Source: Alphaproteobacteria bacterium
Lineage (GTDB): Bacteria; Pseudomonadota; Alphaproteobacteria; G965222575
DNA: 64,000 bases
Reading direction: 5' to 3'
Assembly: GCA_965222575.1 (NCBI GenBank)
Contig: OZ244958.1
Location: 544,001-608,000, forward strand
Shown: positions 19,131-29,695 of the stretch, piece after piece
Numbering within the stretch: the first letter of the stretch is position 1
Layout: every line of letters starts with the position of its first letter
The notes under the pieces: generated by a model
Told to the model about the DNA's origin: nothing
The model's input: the letters and a program-made list of their open reading frames with translations, nothing else
Databases searched by the model: none
Program-made: the position numbers and the translations under genes

Positions 19131-20669
19131 ATGTCTCAACTCTCTCTCAGAAGGGGCGTTTTTTCCGTTAGCTTGCTGACCTTTTTAAGTCGCCTGTTGG
19201 GACTGTTAAGGGATATTATCATTGCCACCTCTCTAGGGGCAGGATGGGCTTCTGATGCCTTGTTTGTGGCACTCAGACTCCCTAACATGTTTCGAGCTTT
19301 CTCGGCAGAAGGCGCTTTCTCTATGGCGTTTATTCCTGTTTATACAAGCCTACCCCCCCTCGCTGCCCAACGCTTCGCTATGATGATTCTCACCGCACTC
19401 CTGCCAATCCTTCTCCTCTTCCTTCTCGTCACAGAACTGCTCATGACACCTCTCATCACACACCTCATCGCACCGGGCTTCCAAGGAGAAACCCTCAACT
19501 TAGCCATTCACCTCTCCAGAATTACCATGCCATACCTCGTGTTCATTACCCTATGTACCTTCTGGATTACCCTCTTAAATGCCCACACTCACTTCGCTAC
19601 CAGTACCATCCCGCAACCGCTTTATAATGCCGCTATCTTGCTCTTTTTCTTTGTAAGTAGTAGCTTTTTTGTCTCTCCCGCCGTCACCATCGCTTATGCC
19701 GTCTTCTTCGCAGGGAGTATACAACTCCTCTTTATTCTATGGGCTGCCCGAAAACACGGCTTAAATATCCCTTCCCTCAAAACCCCCTCCCTCACCCCCC
19801 CTATGAGACGCTTCTTGCGATTCTTCAGGCGCTCTCTCATTGCAAGCGGTATCTTCCAATTTTATCTCCTTGTGGATATGATTTTCGCTTCTTTCATGGC
19901 GGCCGGTAGCCTTTCCTACCTCTTCTATGCCGAACGCTTAAGCCAACTCCCCATAGGCCTTATCGGCGCCGCTTTAAGCGTTGTAAGCTTGCCCCTCTTA
20001 TCAAAAACCTTTGCCCAATCACAGCACAAAGGCTTTGCACTCTTCAATAAAGCCCTACACCTAGCCCTCTTTTTGTCCCTACCCGCCGCCTTAGGACTCG
20101 GTCTCACCGCTGAGATGATTATCCGTAGCCTCTTTGCCTACAAAGCTTTTACTCTGCAAGCCACCACGCAAGTCACACTCATCTTGCAACTCTACTGCCT
20201 TGGCGTTCCCGGTATCATCCTCTATCGCTTGCTAGGTGCTACTTTCTCCGCACGCCGCTCCTTCAGAAAACCTATCCTCGCCGTTGCCCTTGGCACTTTG
20301 GCGAAAATCCTCCTAAGCCTCCTATGGTACCCTTATGCCCATTTAGGTCTTGCTACAGCTACTTCTGTCTCTATGTGGATTATGGCTATTGTTCTCATGG
20401 GGTTGCTCTGGAGAGAGGGATGGAGACCGGAAACAGGGGCGCTTCTCAAAGCCGTCAAATTTTTAAGTGCCCTTGTAAGTGTCGCTCTTATTGCTTGGGG
20501 CGGAAACCTTTGGGGACAAACCATTCAGTCTAGCGTCTTTCTCTTCTTACTGATGATAGGCGTTATCCTCTTGTCTATTTTTCTCTTTTTTCTCCTGTGT
20601 TTTCGCACGCAACTCCTGAAAAAACAAGACCTTCAAGAACTTTTTCTCCCCCCTTCCGCTTCACAGTGA
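19131..20669 (+). CDS. murJ: Lipid II flippase
   Basis: SRLLGLLRD, RLPNMFR..AEGAFS.AFIP, LFYAERLSQLP.G. Confidence 0.93.
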   Translation: MSQLSLRRGVFSVSLLTFLSRLLGLLRDIIIATSLGAGWASDALFVALRLPNMFRAFSAEGAFSMAFIPVYTSLPPLAAQRFAMMILTALLPILLLFLLVTELLMTPLITHLIAPGFQGETLNLAIHLSRITMPYLVFITLCTFWITLLNAHTHFATSTIPQPLYNAAILLFFFVSSSFFVSPAVTIAYAVFFAGSIQLLFILWAARKHGLNIPSLKTPSLTPPMRRFLRFFRRSLIASGIFQFYLLVDMIFASFMAAGSLSYLFYAERLSQLPIGLIGAALSVVSLPLLSKTFAQSQHKGFALFNKALHLALFLSLPAALGLGLTAEMIIRSLFAYKAFTLQATTQVTLILQLYCLGVPGIILYRLLGATFSARRSFRKPILAVALGTLAKILLSLLWYPYAHLGLATATSVSMWIMAIVLMGLLWREGWRPETGALLKAVKFLSALVSVALIAWGGNLWGQTIQSSVFLFLLMIGVILLSIFLFFLLCFRTQLLKKQDLQELFLPPSASQ

Positions 20670-21472
20670 AGGGCAGGCGTTGTTTTCTGCTGTAAGGGGG
20701 CTGTGTGGTGAAGAGGCCCTCTGCCTTTGCCAATGCCGGGGGCTGAGGCAATGGCTTGGTGTACATACTCTAGGGCTTTTCGCGTCGCTTCTTCATAGGA
20801 TGCCCCATAGGCTAAATAGGTCGCAAGAGCAGCGGATAAGGTACACCCTGTTCCATGTGTATGAGGGGTGTAAAGGCGGCGGTTTCTAAAGACTGTCATG
20901 CCTGTATCGGTGAGCAAGATATCTACCACCTGTTTTTCCTTTCCGTGCCCGCCTTTCATCAACACATTTTGTACCCCTAGTTCTTTGAGGGCTTCCGCCG
21001 CCTTCATCATGTCTTGTTCGTTTTCAATGGAAAGACCTGTTAGCACAGAGGCTTCCGGTATATTCGGCGTCAAGAGCGTGCCATGAGGTATCACCGATTT
21101 CTTTAGCGCCGCTACCGCTACTGTCTTTAGCAAACACTCTCCAGACTTAGACACCATCACCGGGTCAATCACAACAGGGCAGCGTAATGACTGACAAAAC
21201 ACGCCCACAGCCCGCGCTATCACTGGGCGGTGTAACATGCCAATTTTCACACTATCAATTCCTATGTCCTCTTGAATAGCAGAAAGTTGAGCGTTCACAA
21301 ACCACGCAGGTACCTCTAGGACATTGTAGACTCCTTGCGTGTTTTGCGCAGTTAAAGCACTCACCACACTCATGCCATACCCTCCAAGCACCGTGATGGT
21401 CTTAAGGTCAGCCTGTATCCCAGCACCGCCACTACAATCAGACCCGGCAATGCTCAATACCCGCTTTAACAC
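20633..21472 (-). CDS. thiD: Hydroxymethylpyrimidine/phosphomethylpyrimidine kinase
   Basis: IAGSDCSGGAGIQADLKT, DPVMVSKSG, TPNIPEA, THGTGCTLS. Confidence 0.96.
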   Translation of the reverse strand: MLKRVLSIAGSDCSGGAGIQADLKTITVLGGYGMSVVSALTAQNTQGVYNVLEVPAWFVNAQLSAIQEDIGIDSVKIGMLHRPVIARAVGVFCQSLRCPVVIDPVMVSKSGECLLKTVAVAALKKSVIPHGTLLTPNIPEASVLTGLSIENEQDMMKAAEALKELGVQNVLMKGGHGKEKQVVDILLTDTGMTVFRNRRLYTPHTHGTGCTLSAALATYLAYGASYEEATRKALEYVHQAIASAPGIGKGRGPLHHTAPLQQKTTPALHCEAEGGRKSS

Positions 21473-22830
21473 GCTCTCTCCTCAAGGCGCTTTCTCACCT
21501 CTTCCAGTACGCTTTGTACCAAAGAGGCCGTCTCCCCTTGCGCACTAATGCGTATCACAGGCTCTGTCCCAGACAGCCTGATGAATAACTCGCCGCCATC
21601 TGCTTCTAATTGTGCACGCTTTGCACTTATCATGTCAAAAAGTGCCCCTTTCTTCAGAAATCTTGCCTCTTTTTCCCCTTTTAACGGAACAGATACACAC
21701 CCTTGAGGCAACAACGGAAACAAATTAAACCCTTGACTGCTCTTCTTGATTCCTAGCCTTATCAAACTCATCATCACAGCAATCGCTGTTTTTAAGCCGT
21801 CTCCTGTGGAGTCAGTATGACCTAGTAAAATATGACCGCTCGCTTCTCCTCCTAGAGGGTATCCCTTCTCTTTCATACTGCTCATCACATGTCTATCCCC
21901 AGTGGGGCATAACACAACCTCTATGCCTTCTTTCTCCAAGTATCGTAAAAGCCCCTTGTTCACCCCTTGCGTGAGAACAATGCCTTGTAAGCCTTGATGC
22001 TTTAGAGCATCTTTCGCTAGTAACCCTAATACTTTCTCTCCCGGTACCTCTTGACCTTTTTCATCGCAAAACATTGCCCTGTCTCCATCTCCGTCTAAGG
22101 CTATGCCTATGGAGGCTTTATGCTTGCGGACTTCTTGAGACAATTTCTTCCTGTCCATAGACCCATACCCAAGATTAATGTTCTTGCCATTAGGATTACA
22201 GCCTATGGTGATAACATCGGCTCCAAGCTCCCAAAATAAATCCCCGCCTACGCGATACGCTGCCCCATTAGCACAGTCTAAGACAACCTTTTGACCCCTA
22301 AGCCCTGCTTCTTTCGGGACTTCCGCCTTCAAGAATTCTATGTACCGTCCTTTAGCATCCCCTAAGCGCTTCACTTTGCCTGTCCTCTCAGGCGATACCA
22401 CCACTTGCTTGCGGGAGGAGTAAATCTCTTCCATTAAATCCGCTAACTGATTTTGAGCGGACACATCAAGCTTCCTTCCCTCTTTGTTAAAAATCTTCAC
22501 GCCATTGTCCCAATGAGGATTATGAGAGGCAGAAATCATAACCCCTAGATTCGCCCGTAAACTCCTTGTGAGCATAGAAAGAGCAGGCGTTGGGATAGGA
22601 CCTAACAACAACACTTCCATGCCAACGGAGACAAAACCGGATACCAGTGCATTCTCAAGCATATAACTCGATAACCTTGTGTCCTTCCCAATGAGGATGC
22701 GGCCGGAAGAGCCTTCCCTAAAAAGGTGGCCGCTAGCCTGTGCAAGGGCAACCATCACATGTGCCTGTATAGGCCAGCAATTCACCCGCCCCCTCATCCC
22801 ATCTGTGCCAAATAGAGTTCTAAACGTCAT
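21466..22830 (-). CDS. glmM: Phosphoglucosamine mutase
   Basis: FGTDGMRG, GKDTRLS, ISASHNP, DGDGDR, GGEASGH, RLSGTEP. Confidence 0.96.
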   Translation of the reverse strand: MTFRTLFGTDGMRGRVNCWPIQAHVMVALAQASGHLFREGSSGRILIGKDTRLSSYMLENALVSGFVSVGMEVLLLGPIPTPALSMLTRSLRANLGVMISASHNPHWDNGVKIFNKEGRKLDVSAQNQLADLMEEIYSSRKQVVVSPERTGKVKRLGDAKGRYIEFLKAEVPKEAGLRGQKVVLDCANGAAYRVGGDLFWELGADVITIGCNPNGKNINLGYGSMDRKKLSQEVRKHKASIGIALDGDGDRAMFCDEKGQEVPGEKVLGLLAKDALKHQGLQGIVLTQGVNKGLLRYLEKEGIEVVLCPTGDRHVMSSMKEKGYPLGGEASGHILLGHTDSTGDGLKTAIAVMMSLIRLGIKKSSQGFNLFPLLPQGCVSVPLKGEKEARFLKKGALFDMISAKRAQLEADGGELFIRLSGTEPVIRISAQGETASLVQSVLEEVRKRLEERAC

Positions 22831-23647
22831 GCCTTAAAAACGAGAGGAGTTGTAGCATTTGCTTTGTTTCCTTTATATCATGAACGCGGAGAATCTGTAC
22901 CCCCTGTAAAACGCCCCACGCCCCACACACAATAGACCCAATTAATCGGCTGCTTGGAGAAGCCGCACCGGTACAGACTTTCCCAATGAAGGACTTGCGT
23001 GAGACGCCTAGCACAACACCTGCTCCTAAGCCTTGAAAAGAGGATAAAGACTGTAACAGCAACCCATTGTGAGCCGTCTTCTTCCCAAATCCAATACCCG
23101 GGTCTACAAAAATCTTCTCCTTCAGTATACCACACTTCATTAGTCTTGCACATCTGTTAGATAACCACTGCCTCACTTCTTCCACAACATTCTCATACAC
23201 AGGACACGCCTGCATGGTCTTTGGGAGTCCCTGACAATGCATCACCACAGCATAACAGTCTTTATAGGCTCTCATCACCTCTAAAGATTTCTCATCTGCA
23301 CAGAAACCGCTGGTATCATTTATCATCTTGGCACCCTCCTCTAAGGCTAGCTGCATCACGGAGGCCTTGCGTGTATCAACGGATATCACCACCTCCTCCC
23401 CAAAAGCCTTGCGCACTGCCCGCAACACTGGCAAAAGACGCCGCTTTTCCTCTTGTGCTTCCACAGGCTCACTGCCAGGACGGGTGGACTCCCCGCCAAT
23501 ATCAAGAATGTTTGCTCCTGCTTCTACCATAGAGTGAGCGTGACGAAGAGCACGAGCAGGGGTGTTGTAAAGACCACCATCGGAAAAACTATCAGGCGTC
23601 ACATTCAAAACCCCCATAATTAACGGCTTTTTCTTGGGAAGGGTCAT
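22820..23647 (-). CDS. folP: Dihydropteroate synthase
   Basis: MGVLNVTPDSFSDGG, DIGGESTRPG, DPGIGFGK, SRKSF, RVHD; start ATG lies in the last repeat unit, with an in-frame alternative at 23725. Confidence 0.96.
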   Translation of the reverse strand: MTLPKKKPLIMGVLNVTPDSFSDGGLYNTPARALRHAHSMVEAGANILDIGGESTRPGSEPVEAQEEKRRLLPVLRAVRKAFGEEVVISVDTRKASVMQLALEEGAKMINDTSGFCADEKSLEVMRAYKDCYAVVMHCQGLPKTMQACPVYENVVEEVRQWLSNRCARLMKCGILKEKIFVDPGIGFGKKTAHNGLLLQSLSSFQGLGAGVVLGVSRKSFIGKVCTGAASPSSRLIGSIVCGAWGVLQGVQILRVHDIKETKQMLQLLSFLRHDV

Positions 23648-24354
23648 GTTCTCTGAGTGTGAGAGAGGGAGAGGGGTGGGGGAGGAAGAAAGGAGAGGTT
23701 CGGCTTTTTCTTTAGGAAAGTTCATGTTCTCTGAGTGTGAGAGAGGAGAGAGGTGTGGGGGAGGAAGAAAGGAGAGGTTTGGCTTTTTCTTTAGGAAAGT
23801 TCATGTTCTCTGAGTGTGAGAGAAGGAGAGAGTGTGTGGGGGAGGAAGAAAGGAGAGGTTTGGCTTTTTCTTTGGGAAGGGTCATGTTCTCTGAGTGTGT
23901 GAGAGAAGGAGAGAGAGGTTTGGCTTTTTCTTGGGAAAGAAGGGATGAGGTTTGGCTTTTTCTTTAGGAAGGGTCATGTTCTCTGAGTGTGAGAGAAGGA
24001 GAGAGTGTGTGGGGGAGGAAGAAAGGAGAGGTTTGGCTTTTTCTTTAGGAAAGTTCATGTTCTCTGAGTGTGAGAGAAGGAGAGAGTGTGTGGGGGAGGA
24101 AGAAAGGAGAGGTTTGGCTTTTTCTTTAGGAAGGGTCATGTTCTCTGAGTGTGAGAGAAGGAGAGAGTGTGTGGGGGAGGAAGAAAGGAGAGGTTTGGCT
24201 TTTTCTTTAGGAAGGTTCATGTTCTCTGAGTGTGAGAGAGGAGAGAGGGGTGGGGGAGGAAGAAAGGAGAGGTTTGGCTTTTTCTTTAGGAAGGGTCATG
24301 TTCTCTGAGTGTGAGAGAAGGAGAGAGTGTGTGGGGGAGGAAGAAAGGAGAGGG
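23624..24354. repeat. Tandem array of about 81 bp units, 9 copies, overlapping the folP start
   Basis: catgttctctgagtgtg at 23645, 23723, 23802, 23883, 23975, 24056, 24137, 24218 and 24297 (periods 78, 79, 81, 92, 81, 81, 81, 79). Confidence 0.97.
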
Positions 24355-24383
24355 TAGCAACGGGTGGGGGGATGCGGAGGCTA

Positions 24384-26285
24384 CTAGGCGGGTTTCGGCA
24401 CAAGTTTTTTTGTTGAGGGGATGAGGGAAAAGGGGGTTTTTTTTCTTGCTGGCTTTTTGCTAGGAGTGTATTTTTTCAAGGGTTGTCCTTTGAGGATTTT
24501 TTGAATCTCTTTTCCTGTGAGGGTTTCGTGTTCTAATAGAGCCTTTGCTAGGGCGTGGAGGGAGTTGATATCTTTTTTAATGATGGTGCGGGCTTTTTCC
24601 GTCGCCATGTTAATCAGTTTTTTGACTTCCTTGTCCACGATTTTGGCTGTGTTATCGGACATATTTTTTACTTTTGCTACAGAGTGGCCTAAGAAAATTT
24701 CTTCTGAGTCTTCGCTGTAACGGATGGGGCCTAATTCGTCGGACATACCCCATTCTGTTACCATTTTTCTTGCGAGACTGGTTGCCATTTTGATATCGTT
24801 AGAAGCGCCTGTTGTGACGGATTCGCAGCCAAAGACTTCCTCTTCTGCTATACGTCCTGCCATAGCAACAATGAGATTTGCTTTCAGTTGCTTTCGTTTC
24901 ATAGACAAGTGATCTTTTTCTGGCAACTGCATGACAAGCCCCAGAGCGCGTCCGCGCGGAATAATCGTCGCCTTGTGAATAGGGTCAGCTGCTGGAAGCT
25001 GTGTTGCTACCAGTGCATGACCTCCTTCGTGATAGGCTGTGAGTTTCTTCTCTTCCTCTGTCATAATCAACGACCGTCTTTGGGCCCCCATCATCACTTT
25101 GTCCTTGGCCTCTTCTAACTGCTCCATGAACACCATGCTTTTGTTCTTGCGCGCCGCTAATAAGGCTGCTTCGTTGACTAAGTTGGCTAAATCTGCTCCA
25201 CTGAACCCCGGCGTGCCACGGGCTATGTCTATAATGGAATTCTCAACCTCATCGGCTGTTTTAACGTCTCTTAAATGCACGCGTAAAATTGCCTCACGAC
25301 CCTTGATGTCCGGCGTCGGTACCACAATTTGGCGGTCAAATCGACCGGGACGTAATAAGGCAGGGTCTAGGACATCAGGGCGATTTGTTGCTGCTATCAA
25401 CACAATGGAGGTCTGCGTCGTAAACCCATCCATCTCAACCAATAACTGATTGAGCGTTTGCTCCCGTTCGTCATTGCCACCCCCAAGTCCCGCCCCACGA
25501 TGCCGCCCCACCGCATCAATTTCATCAATAAAAATAATACAAGGGGCACTCTTCTTCCCTTGCTCAAACATATCCCGCACGCGACTCGCTCCAACCCCTA
25601 CAAACATCTCTACAAAATCTGAGCCAGAGATAGAAAAAAACGCAACACTAGCCTCTCCCGCCACCGCACGGGCAAGCAATGTCTTCCCCGTACCGGGCAG
25701 ACCAACCAATAAACACCCCTTGGGTATCTTGCCTCCTAAACGACGAAACTTATGCGGATTCTTCAAAAACTCCACAATCTCATAAAGTTCTTCCTTGGCT
25801 TCCTCAATCCCAGCGACATCCTTAAAGGTCACCTTCTTCTTCCCTTGCGTCATTAACCGCGCCTTAGAACGACCAAATCCAAACGCTTTACCCCCACCCT
25901 TATTCATCTGACGCAAAAACAATAACGACATCCCTATCAGCAACAACATCGGTAACCAAGAGAGAAAAATACTCAAAAAAGAAATCCCCATCCCTCTTTC
26001 CTTCACTGATATCATCACCCCTTGCCCTCTTAAAGATGTCACCAAATTCGGGTCAAATAACGCTGTCGTCTTAAATACACGTCCATCCTTCGTATTCCCT
26101 TCTATTTTATTCCCTTCTATATACACCTCTTTGACATAATTCCCCTCAACAGCATCTAAAAAATCACTGTAAACCCACTGCTCACGACGAAAAAAATCTC
26201 CTCCATCCGATAGCATATTCATCCCTATGACCGTCAATAAAATCCCAATCACTATTAACGGAAAAAGAGGCTTCTTGGTTTTCAT
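24384..26285 (-). CDS. ftsH: ATP-dependent zinc metalloprotease
   Basis: Two TM segments, [40 protein letters not shown]. Confidence 0.98.
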   Translation of the reverse strand: MKTKKPLFPLIVIGILLTVIGMNMLSDGGDFFRREQWVYSDFLDAVEGNYVKEVYIEGNKIEGNTKDGRVFKTTALFDPNLVTSLRGQGVMISVKERGMGISFLSIFLSWLPMLLLIGMSLLFLRQMNKGGGKAFGFGRSKARLMTQGKKKVTFKDVAGIEEAKEELYEIVEFLKNPHKFRRLGGKIPKGCLLVGLPGTGKTLLARAVAGEASVAFFSISGSDFVEMFVGVGASRVRDMFEQGKKSAPCIIFIDEIDAVGRHRGAGLGGGNDEREQTLNQLLVEMDGFTTQTSIVLIAATNRPDVLDPALLRPGRFDRQIVVPTPDIKGREAILRVHLRDVKTADEVENSIIDIARGTPGFSGADLANLVNEAALLAARKNKSMVFMEQLEEAKDKVMMGAQRRSLIMTEEEKKLTAYHEGGHALVATQLPAADPIHKATIIPRGRALGLVMQLPEKDHLSMKRKQLKANLIVAMAGRIAEEEVFGCESVTTGASNDIKMATSLARKMVTEWGMSDELGPIRYSEDSEEIFLGHSVAKVKNMSDNTAKIVDKEVKKLINMATEKARTIIKKDINSLHALAKALLEHETLTGKEIQKILKGQPLKKYTPSKKPARKKTPFSLIPSTKKLVPKPA

Positions 26286-26339
26286 CTCGTAATCCCTTGT
26301 CTGCTACACACTAAAGATATGTCCCGATTATACTCTATT

Positions 26340-27710
26340 TTAACCCTTGAACTCAAGCTTTTTCCCTCCTTTTGAAAAAATCTCCCAAGGAGCAGAAAAA
26401 GGCGCCCGCACCACAACACTTTGCCCATACCCTGAAAGACAGCAATAACGGCTATGAGGCATGACCACAGGATGCCGCTTGTCATTCACAAGGACAGGCA
26501 GAGGGGCTAATAGACGTTGTAATAGCCTATTTCCTATGGGTTGAGAAGAAAAAAATCGACTGACAATTTCCTCTCTTTGATGAGAACACCAAGACCCATG
26601 CGACGACAGAAGACTTGAAAAAGGCACAATCTTCCCAGAGAAAGCAACAGGGGCAATCAGACGCCACTCATAACGCTTATCAAACACAACCGTACAGCCA
26701 ACACCCCTAAGACAGACAACCTCCACCTCGCGTAAATTACGCCCCTCTCGTAGTACTATCAACTGCTCTTTCTCCACAACAAAAAGATAGGCCCCGAAAG
26801 ACCCAACAGACCCAGACCTCTTCTCATACCGCAACAGCCCCTTAGCAAGCCTTTCAAAAGGGGCTATCTCTCCGCTTGCGCACATCAGTTGCAACACCCG
26901 CCACCTAAGAGCCGGGGGCAACCGCTTAAAAGGGGCTAAAGCACAGGAAAATACCCACAAAGAATCAAAACAACCATGCCGTTTTAAGAACGCCTCTCCT
27001 TTTTGTAGGAGCACTTGGTGGTCTTCTTCTAACCGCCGCGCTACCGTTCCTAGACGGATAAACAACCGCTCCTGCACCGGTACTAGACTCTCAAGCGCTT
27101 CACGTAACCGCACGCGTTCATACTGTTTATCACTATTAGAAGGGTCTTCAACCCATGACAGACCTTCTTGTAACAACGTCTCTTTCAGACGATAAGGCAT
27201 ATACTTCAACAAAGGACGCACAATAGGAAATCTCCCTCTTAAGGTACACATCTTCATGCCTCCAAGCCCTCTTGTCCCACTAGCGTGCGCAAGACGTATC
27301 AGAAAAGTTTCTGCTTGATCTCCTAAATGATGCCCAATCCAAAGGGACTTCAACCCAAAATGGTGACAGGCCTTCATCATCACCTCATAACGCGCACAAC
27401 GCGCCCATTCCTGCACAGAAGACTTAGGCGGCGGCCAGTGAGCCGTCTCTTTCAACCCATAAACCTCGCTCTCCATGCCAAAGGACGCAAGGCGACTTTG
27501 TGTCTTGCGAGCCTCTTCCAAGGAAGAAGTGCGCAACCCATGGTCAACACATAAGCCTCTAACTTCTTTCCCTCTGTAACGGTGTAACAAAAACGCTAAA
27601 CAAAGACTGTCCGCACCGCCGGATACCCCAACACCACAAGGAAATAACTCCTCTGGTACCCCACAGCTCTCAACAACTGAAGCAAATTCTTCTAGGCTAA
27701 TAACAGACAA
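26340..27710 (-). CDS. tilS: tRNA(Ile)-lysidine synthetase
   Basis: VSGGADS, VDHGLR, AR..RY, GHHLGDQAET, EDPSN; ybgF-tilS-ftsH synteny. Confidence 0.93.
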   Translation of the reverse strand: MSVISLEEFASVVESCGVPEELFPCGVGVSGGADSLCLAFLLHRYRGKEVRGLCVDHGLRTSSLEEARKTQSRLASFGMESEVYGLKETAHWPPPKSSVQEWARCARYEVMMKACHHFGLKSLWIGHHLGDQAETFLIRLAHASGTRGLGGMKMCTLRGRFPIVRPLLKYMPYRLKETLLQEGLSWVEDPSNSDKQYERVRLREALESLVPVQERLFIRLGTVARRLEEDHQVLLQKGEAFLKRHGCFDSLWVFSCALAPFKRLPPALRWRVLQLMCASGEIAPFERLAKGLLRYEKRSGSVGSFGAYLFVVEKEQLIVLREGRNLREVEVVCLRGVGCTVVFDKRYEWRLIAPVAFSGKIVPFSSLLSSHGSWCSHQREEIVSRFFSSQPIGNRLLQRLLAPLPVLVNDKRHPVVMPHSRYCCLSGYGQSVVVRAPFSAPWEIFSKGGKKLEFKG

Positions 27711-27739
27711 CTTCCCTATAACAGCGACTCCACGCTAAC

Positions 27740-28567
27740 TCATTCGCAAGCCATACGCTTTTTCTCTTCCATCACCCTGTCCTCCACCACTAACTCTAAC
27801 GGCGCGTGATCCTCCTCTAGCTGTATCAACATCTTACAGGCCTCCTCTCCATGACCAAGACCCTTTAAGCTCATGGCTAACTTCAACAACATATGCGGCG
27901 CTTTCTGGGAGTCAATATAGCTTTTATACCCCTCTAAAAACACCTTTGCCGCTCCACCGTAATCCTGCTGTACATAGTGTGTTTCCCCAAGCCAATACGC
28001 AGCATTAGAGGCTAACGCATGGGTGGGATAAGACGATAAAAAGGCTGAAAAGGCTTCTTTTGCAGCTACAAAATTCAGATTGCGAATGTGATTATAAGCG
28101 TCATTATACAACTCTTCAGGCGGGGGCGGGTGAGCCTGCTCAACAGACTTTCTCTCAGGAGGTGCAGACTCTTCTTCCCTCTTAGGCGCCGGCACAACCG
28201 GTGGCTTTTCCGTTATGGGCATCGCCCTCTCAGGTGAGGCCAATGAGGGTTTCCCCTTTTTTAAGGTGAGTAGTTCGTTTTCTAGCACACCAAGACGCAA
28301 CTCAAGCTTTTGGAGAAACGCTTTCAGCTCTTCGCGTGTTACAAGCGTTTCTTGCAGTGTGCGCTCTAGTGTTTCTATGATAACGCGCTGGTCTTGAGAC
28401 AGAGACTCAAGACGCGTGTACAAAACCTCTAAAGTGGAGGACGGTAAGGCCTCTTCTTGTCCCCATACTACCCCCTCTCCTATGAGAAGAAGACCGACAA
28501 CACACAAAAAAAACTTATGACGCTTGAAATTCAACACTTTGACCACAACCACACTTTGATATTTCAT
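27740..28567 (-). CDS. ybgF: Tol-Pal system protein YbgF/CpoB
   Basis: Coiled coil plus TPR (YP...ASNAAYWLGE...KAPHMLLKLAMS); start uncertain. Confidence 0.88.
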   Translation of the reverse strand: MKYQSVVVVKVLNFKRHKFFLCVVGLLLIGEGVVWGQEEALPSSTLEVLYTRLESLSQDQRVIIETLERTLQETLVTREELKAFLQKLELRLGVLENELLTLKKGKPSLASPERAMPITEKPPVVPAPKREEESAPPERKSVEQAHPPPPEELYNDAYNHIRNLNFVAAKEAFSAFLSSYPTHALASNAAYWLGETHYVQQDYGGAAKVFLEGYKSYIDSQKAPHMLLKLAMSLKGLGHGEEACKMLIQLEEDHAPLELVVEDRVMEEKKRMACE

Positions 28568-28847
28568 TAGGATTCTCGAACACAAAACCTTGCCTAAAAT
28601 CATTGGCTTCAAAGGATATACGAACACCAAGAAGCCACATGACTGATTCTTTAGCTAGGAAAAAAGGAATACCATGAACTGAGACTTTTTCATCCCCCTC
28701 CTCCGGAGAAGAGACAAGGGTCATCTCATACAGAAAGCCAGAACATCCGCCCTTCTTCAAGGATAGACGAAAAGACTTGCCCCCATTGGATTTGAGCAGT
28801 TCTCTCGCGTGCACAAGAGCCGTAGGATTTAAACTCAACACTTCCAT
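28515..28847 (-). CDS. sufA: A-type Fe-S carrier
   Basis: GGCSG and FENPN...CGCGQS. Confidence 0.92.
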   Translation of the reverse strand: MEVLSLNPTALVHARELLKSNGGKSFRLSLKKGGCSGFLYEMTLVSSPEEGDEKVSVHGIPFFLAKESVMWLLGVRISFEANDFRQGFVFENPNEISKCGCGQSVEFQAS

Positions 28848-29224
28848 TATAACCCTGATATCATGCGTGCTTCTTCTGACATTTTCTCCTTACTCCACGG
28901 CGGGTCCCATACCAAGTTGACCGTTACGATACCGACTCCTTTTTGCGCCGCTAATACTTCTGCTACTGACTTTAATAGCTGGTCTGCTACAGGACAGAAC
29001 GGCGTCGTGAGAGTCATCTCCACCTGCACATCCCCTTGCTCCGCTTGAGAGAGGTTATAAATTAACCCCAAATCGTAAACATTCACAGAAAGTTCAGGGT
29101 CTTGTACGGTTTTCAAAGCCCCTACTAATGTCTCTTGAGCCGCTATAGACTCTCCTGCTACTAGCTTCTTGCCTGCTAGAACAGGGGGAAAATCATGATG
29201 AAACATGTCATGGCTTTGTATCAT
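28847..29224 (-). CDS. sufT: DUF59/SufT Fe-S assembly protein
   Basis: DPELSVNVYDLGLIY, MTLTTPFCP, VWDPPWS. Confidence 0.9.
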   Translation of the reverse strand: MIQSHDMFHHDFPPVLAGKKLVAGESIAAQETLVGALKTVQDPELSVNVYDLGLIYNLSQAEQGDVQVEMTLTTPFCPVADQLLKSVAEVLAAQKGVGIVTVNLVWDPPWSKEKMSEEARMISGL

Positions 29225-29688
29225 TGACAGCTTACAACTCCTTTGTATAATCCATGCCAAGCCATTGTAGCACATTTTACACGCATAGGGAAGCGTGAAA
29301 CGCCTCCTAGGGCTTGTAAGTTATGGCGCGCTGCAGGGGGGAGCATGTGAAGGTGGGCGTCTATCTCTTCTGGGGACTGCTCTCCCTTACAAAAAGAGGT
29401 GATTGCTTGCAGAATTGTCTCAACATGACACAACGCAACACCCTGCATCAGTTCAGACATCAAAGACCCAGACGCAACAGAGATAGCGCATCCTTCTGCT
29501 ATTACTCCAATAATGTCCAATGTGGAATCAGGGGGGGGTGAGAGTTTCCCTGTGATGAGAACTTTGTCTCCACAGAGAGGATTGAACGCCTCCTCTTTGA
29601 AGTCTGCATCTTCCACCAAGCGTCTGTTGCGGGGGATTTTACTGTGGTCTAGCAGGATTTCCTGATACATGAAGTCTATGTCATCCAT
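29221..29688 (-). CDS. sufU: SufU-type sulfur-transfer/scaffold protein
   Basis: YQEILLDH, NPLCGD, GCAISVAS, RVKCATMAW. Confidence 0.92.
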   Translation of the reverse strand: MDDIDFMYQEILLDHSKIPRNRRLVEDADFKEEAFNPLCGDKVLITGKLSPPPDSTLDIIGVIAEGCAISVASGSLMSELMQGVALCHVETILQAITSFCKGEQSPEEIDAHLHMLPPAARHNLQALGGVSRFPMRVKCATMAWHGLYKGVVSCQ

Positions 29689-29695
29689 GGCTTGC

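Noticed and set aside
23737-24308. Plus-strand ORFs within the 81-bp array
   Set aside because: Stop-free by-products of a purine-rich repeat, with no independent support
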